Below, piece by piece: positions 62,276 to 64,000 of a DNA stretch of 64,000 bases (its first letter is position 1; the number at the start of each line of letters is the position of its first letter). Made by a program: the position numbers and the translations under genes. The notes below the pieces were generated by a model that was not told the DNA's origin, ran no database searches, and saw nothing but the letters and a program-made list of their open reading frames with translations. The stretch is from Clostridiales bacterium (GTDB taxonomy: Bacteria > Bacillota > Dehalobacteriia > UBA4068): positions 1,124,607 through 1,188,606 of the forward strand of contig JAXGOI010000001.1 in the NCBI GenBank assembly GCA_040767605.1, given 5' to 3'.

Positions 62276-64000
62276 AATTAAAGGGCTGGATTGCCCCAGC
62301 TGCGCCCGGGAATTTGAGCTGGAATTGGCTGCCCTCCCCGGTATAGAGGAAGTCAGAATTAATTATTTTTCATCCTCTTTATTTTTAAAGGGAGATTTAG
62401 ATAGAGATTTACTTAATAAAACCGCGGCCCTCCATGGCCTAAGCCTTACTCCGGAGGATGAAATAAAAGGAGAAGCCCGGGAATACCGGGCCGAAAAAGA
62501 TCTTTTAAGTAAAACCAGAATTTATTTAGAGGTAGGGGCTTCTCTGCTCCTGCTTATAATCTATTTGGTATGCTCTTATTTGGGATATAATTGCCCCTGG
62601 CTTTTGCCCTTTGCCGCCCTTTTGGGAGGGGGCCGGAATTTTATCCGGGGAATCCGAAATTTAATGAGTTTAAAATTTAATACAGATGTTCTCATGTCTT
62701 TGGCGGTTATCGGCGCCTTTGCCATAGACCAGTGGCAGGAGGGCGCTTTAGTGGCCTTTCTTTTTGGGGTATCGGAAATTTTAGAAAGCTATACGGCCTC
62801 CAGAGCTAAAAAGAGTATCAGTAAGCTTATTGATGCCAAGCCCGAGACGGCCATTATTATAGGGGAGGGAAAAGAGGAAAAAATCCCCGCCGCTGAGGTT
62901 TTACCCGGGCAGCGCCTTTTACTGAAAGCCGGGGAGAAAGTTCCCGTAGACGCTTTGGTAATAAAGGGGAATTCCTTTATAGAGCAGGCCGCCATTACCG
63001 GTGAGCATTTACCGAGGGAAGTGGCCCCGGGGGATATGCTTTATTCGGGGAGCCTTAATCAGCAGGGGGTATTGGAAATTGAAGCCCTACAAAGGGCTAA
63101 AGACAGCACAATGAGTAAAATAATCCGCCTGGTGGAAGAGGCCCAGGGAAGGCGGGGCAACTTTCAGGGTATGGTAGAGCGTTTTGCCAAGTATTATACT
63201 CCGGGGGTTTTATTTTTGGCTGTTTTTATCTCGCTCTTTTTCCCCCTTGTAACGGGGGGGGAATGGTCCGCCTGGATATACAGGGGCTTAACTCTTTTGG
63301 TTATTTCCTGCCCCTGCGCTTTGGTTATTACGGCCCCCATTGTTTTGGTTTCCGCCATAAGCAATGGCGCCAGGCGGGGTATACTTATTAAGGGAGGCAG
63401 TTATCTGGAAAGGCTGGCGGGAATAAAAATTGCCGCCTTTGATAAAACCGGAACCCTCTCTCAGGGCCGGCCTCAGCTTTGGGCCGTTAAAACCTGGGGT
63501 ATAAGCGAAGAAAATGCTCTGAATTTAGCCGCAGCTTTAGGCAAGGTATCTAATCATCCCCTTAACCTTGCCCTTATAAACGAAGTGAAAAACAATAAAG
63601 TTAAAAAGGCTGAAGATAAAGAGCCTGAATTTAAAAAGAACGAAGTTGAAAATAATGAAATTCCAAATAGCGGAATTTTAAATATTGAAATCCAAAAGAA
63701 TAAAGCCGAAAACAATAAAACCGCGATGGAATCTAAAGAAGATTTAATTTTTGAGGATTTGGAGAATATCCCCGGCCGGGGAATACAGGGCCGCCAAGGG
63801 GGGGATTTATGGTTTTTAGGCAATAAAAAGCTTTTTAATAATATCCCCGAAAATATTGCCGGAGAATGGCAGGCCTGGGAGGATAAGGGCAATACGGTTT
63901 CCGCCCTGGGGAATAAAGAGAAAATAAGGGCTTTATTTGCCTTTAGAGATAATCCCAGGCCGGAGGCCGCCCCTGCTTTGGTGCGCCTTCGCCTGTTGGG
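62259..64000 (+). CDS. heavy-metal (Cd/Zn-type) translocating P-type ATPase, 3' end beyond window
   Basis: N-terminal CPSC metal-binding domain, CPC in TM6 (ISCPCALV), DKTGT phosphorylation motif; GTG start after GGAGGG; not in ORF track because open-ended. Confidence 0.85.
   Translation, partial: MEANYKIKGLDCPSCAREFELELAALPGIEEVRINYFSSSLFLKGDLDRDLLNKTAALHGLSLTPEDEIKGEAREYRAEKDLLSKTRIYLEVGASLLLLIIYLVCSYLGYNCPWLLPFAALLGGGRNFIRGIRNLMSLKFNTDVLMSLAVIGAFAIDQWQEGALVAFLFGVSEILESYTASRAKKSISKLIDAKPETAIIIGEGKEEKIPAAEVLPGQRLLLKAGEKVPVDALVIKGNSFIEQAAITGEHLPREVAPGDMLYSGSLNQQGVLEIEALQRAKDSTMSKIIRLVEEAQGRRGNFQGMVERFAKYYTPGVLFLAVFISLFFPLVTGGEWSAWIYRGLTLLVISCPCALVITAPIVLVSAISNGARRGILIKGGSYLERLAGIKIAAFDKTGTLSQGRPQLWAVKTWGISEENALNLAAALGKVSNHPLNLALINEVKNNKVKKAEDKEPEFKKNEVENNEIPNSGILNIEIQKNKAENNKTAMESKEDLIFEDLENIPGRGIQGRQGGDLWFLGNKKLFNNIPENIAGEWQAWEDKGNTVSALGNKEKIRALFAFRDNPRPEAAPALVRLRLL

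Noticed and set aside
63554-63892. Minus-strand ORF 63554-63892 (112 aa)
   Set aside because: Lies inside the P-type ATPase gene within its AT-rich low-complexity segment; low-complexity translation, no SD.

Overview
This window looks like a stretch of a low-GC (about 40% GC) Gram-positive chromosome, probably Firmicutes/Clostridia-like, with dense, mostly plus-strand housekeeping genes. No rRNA, tRNA or CRISPR was seen.

Gene content from 5' to 3':
- A cell-wall cluster (partial membrane protein, csaB, murJ, tagO/wecA-like), then comFC, hpf, an unknown gene, secA, and prfB with its classical programmed +1 frameshift.
- Split transketolase, ftsE-ftsX-M23 peptidase-ctpA, and ilvB-ilvN immediately followed by three genes of an uncharacterised activase/DUF2229 (dehydratase-activase-like) family.
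- Two cysteine-rich or hypothetical minus-strand genes, YitT, a patatin-like protein and a heterodimeric ABC exporter.
- A roughly 2.4 kb island of clearly higher GC (about 55%) at roughly 35355-37760. It carries a 5'-truncated large serine recombinase plus four small translationally coupled ORFs, and is interpreted as the decayed end of a foreign integrative element inserted in a convergent terminator region.
- ykgJ-folD (minus strand), gyrB-gyrA, a membrane GGDEF diguanylate cyclase, speD-speE, and tuf-rpmG-secE-nusG-rplKAJL.
- After rplL comes folP(with an N-terminal extension)-folB-folK-panC rather than rpoBC, then a lipid kinase, Rrf2-nifS, an amidohydrolase, small proteins, and an arsR-type regulator with a partial heavy-metal P-type ATPase at the window edge.

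The most unusual items are the foreign island with its small-ORF operon, the ilvBN-linked activase cluster, a Cys-rich insertion in EF-Tu, the folP N-terminal extension and several phased repeats or palindromes in promoter regions.

All calls rest on reading the translations and sequence by eye; no database search was run.
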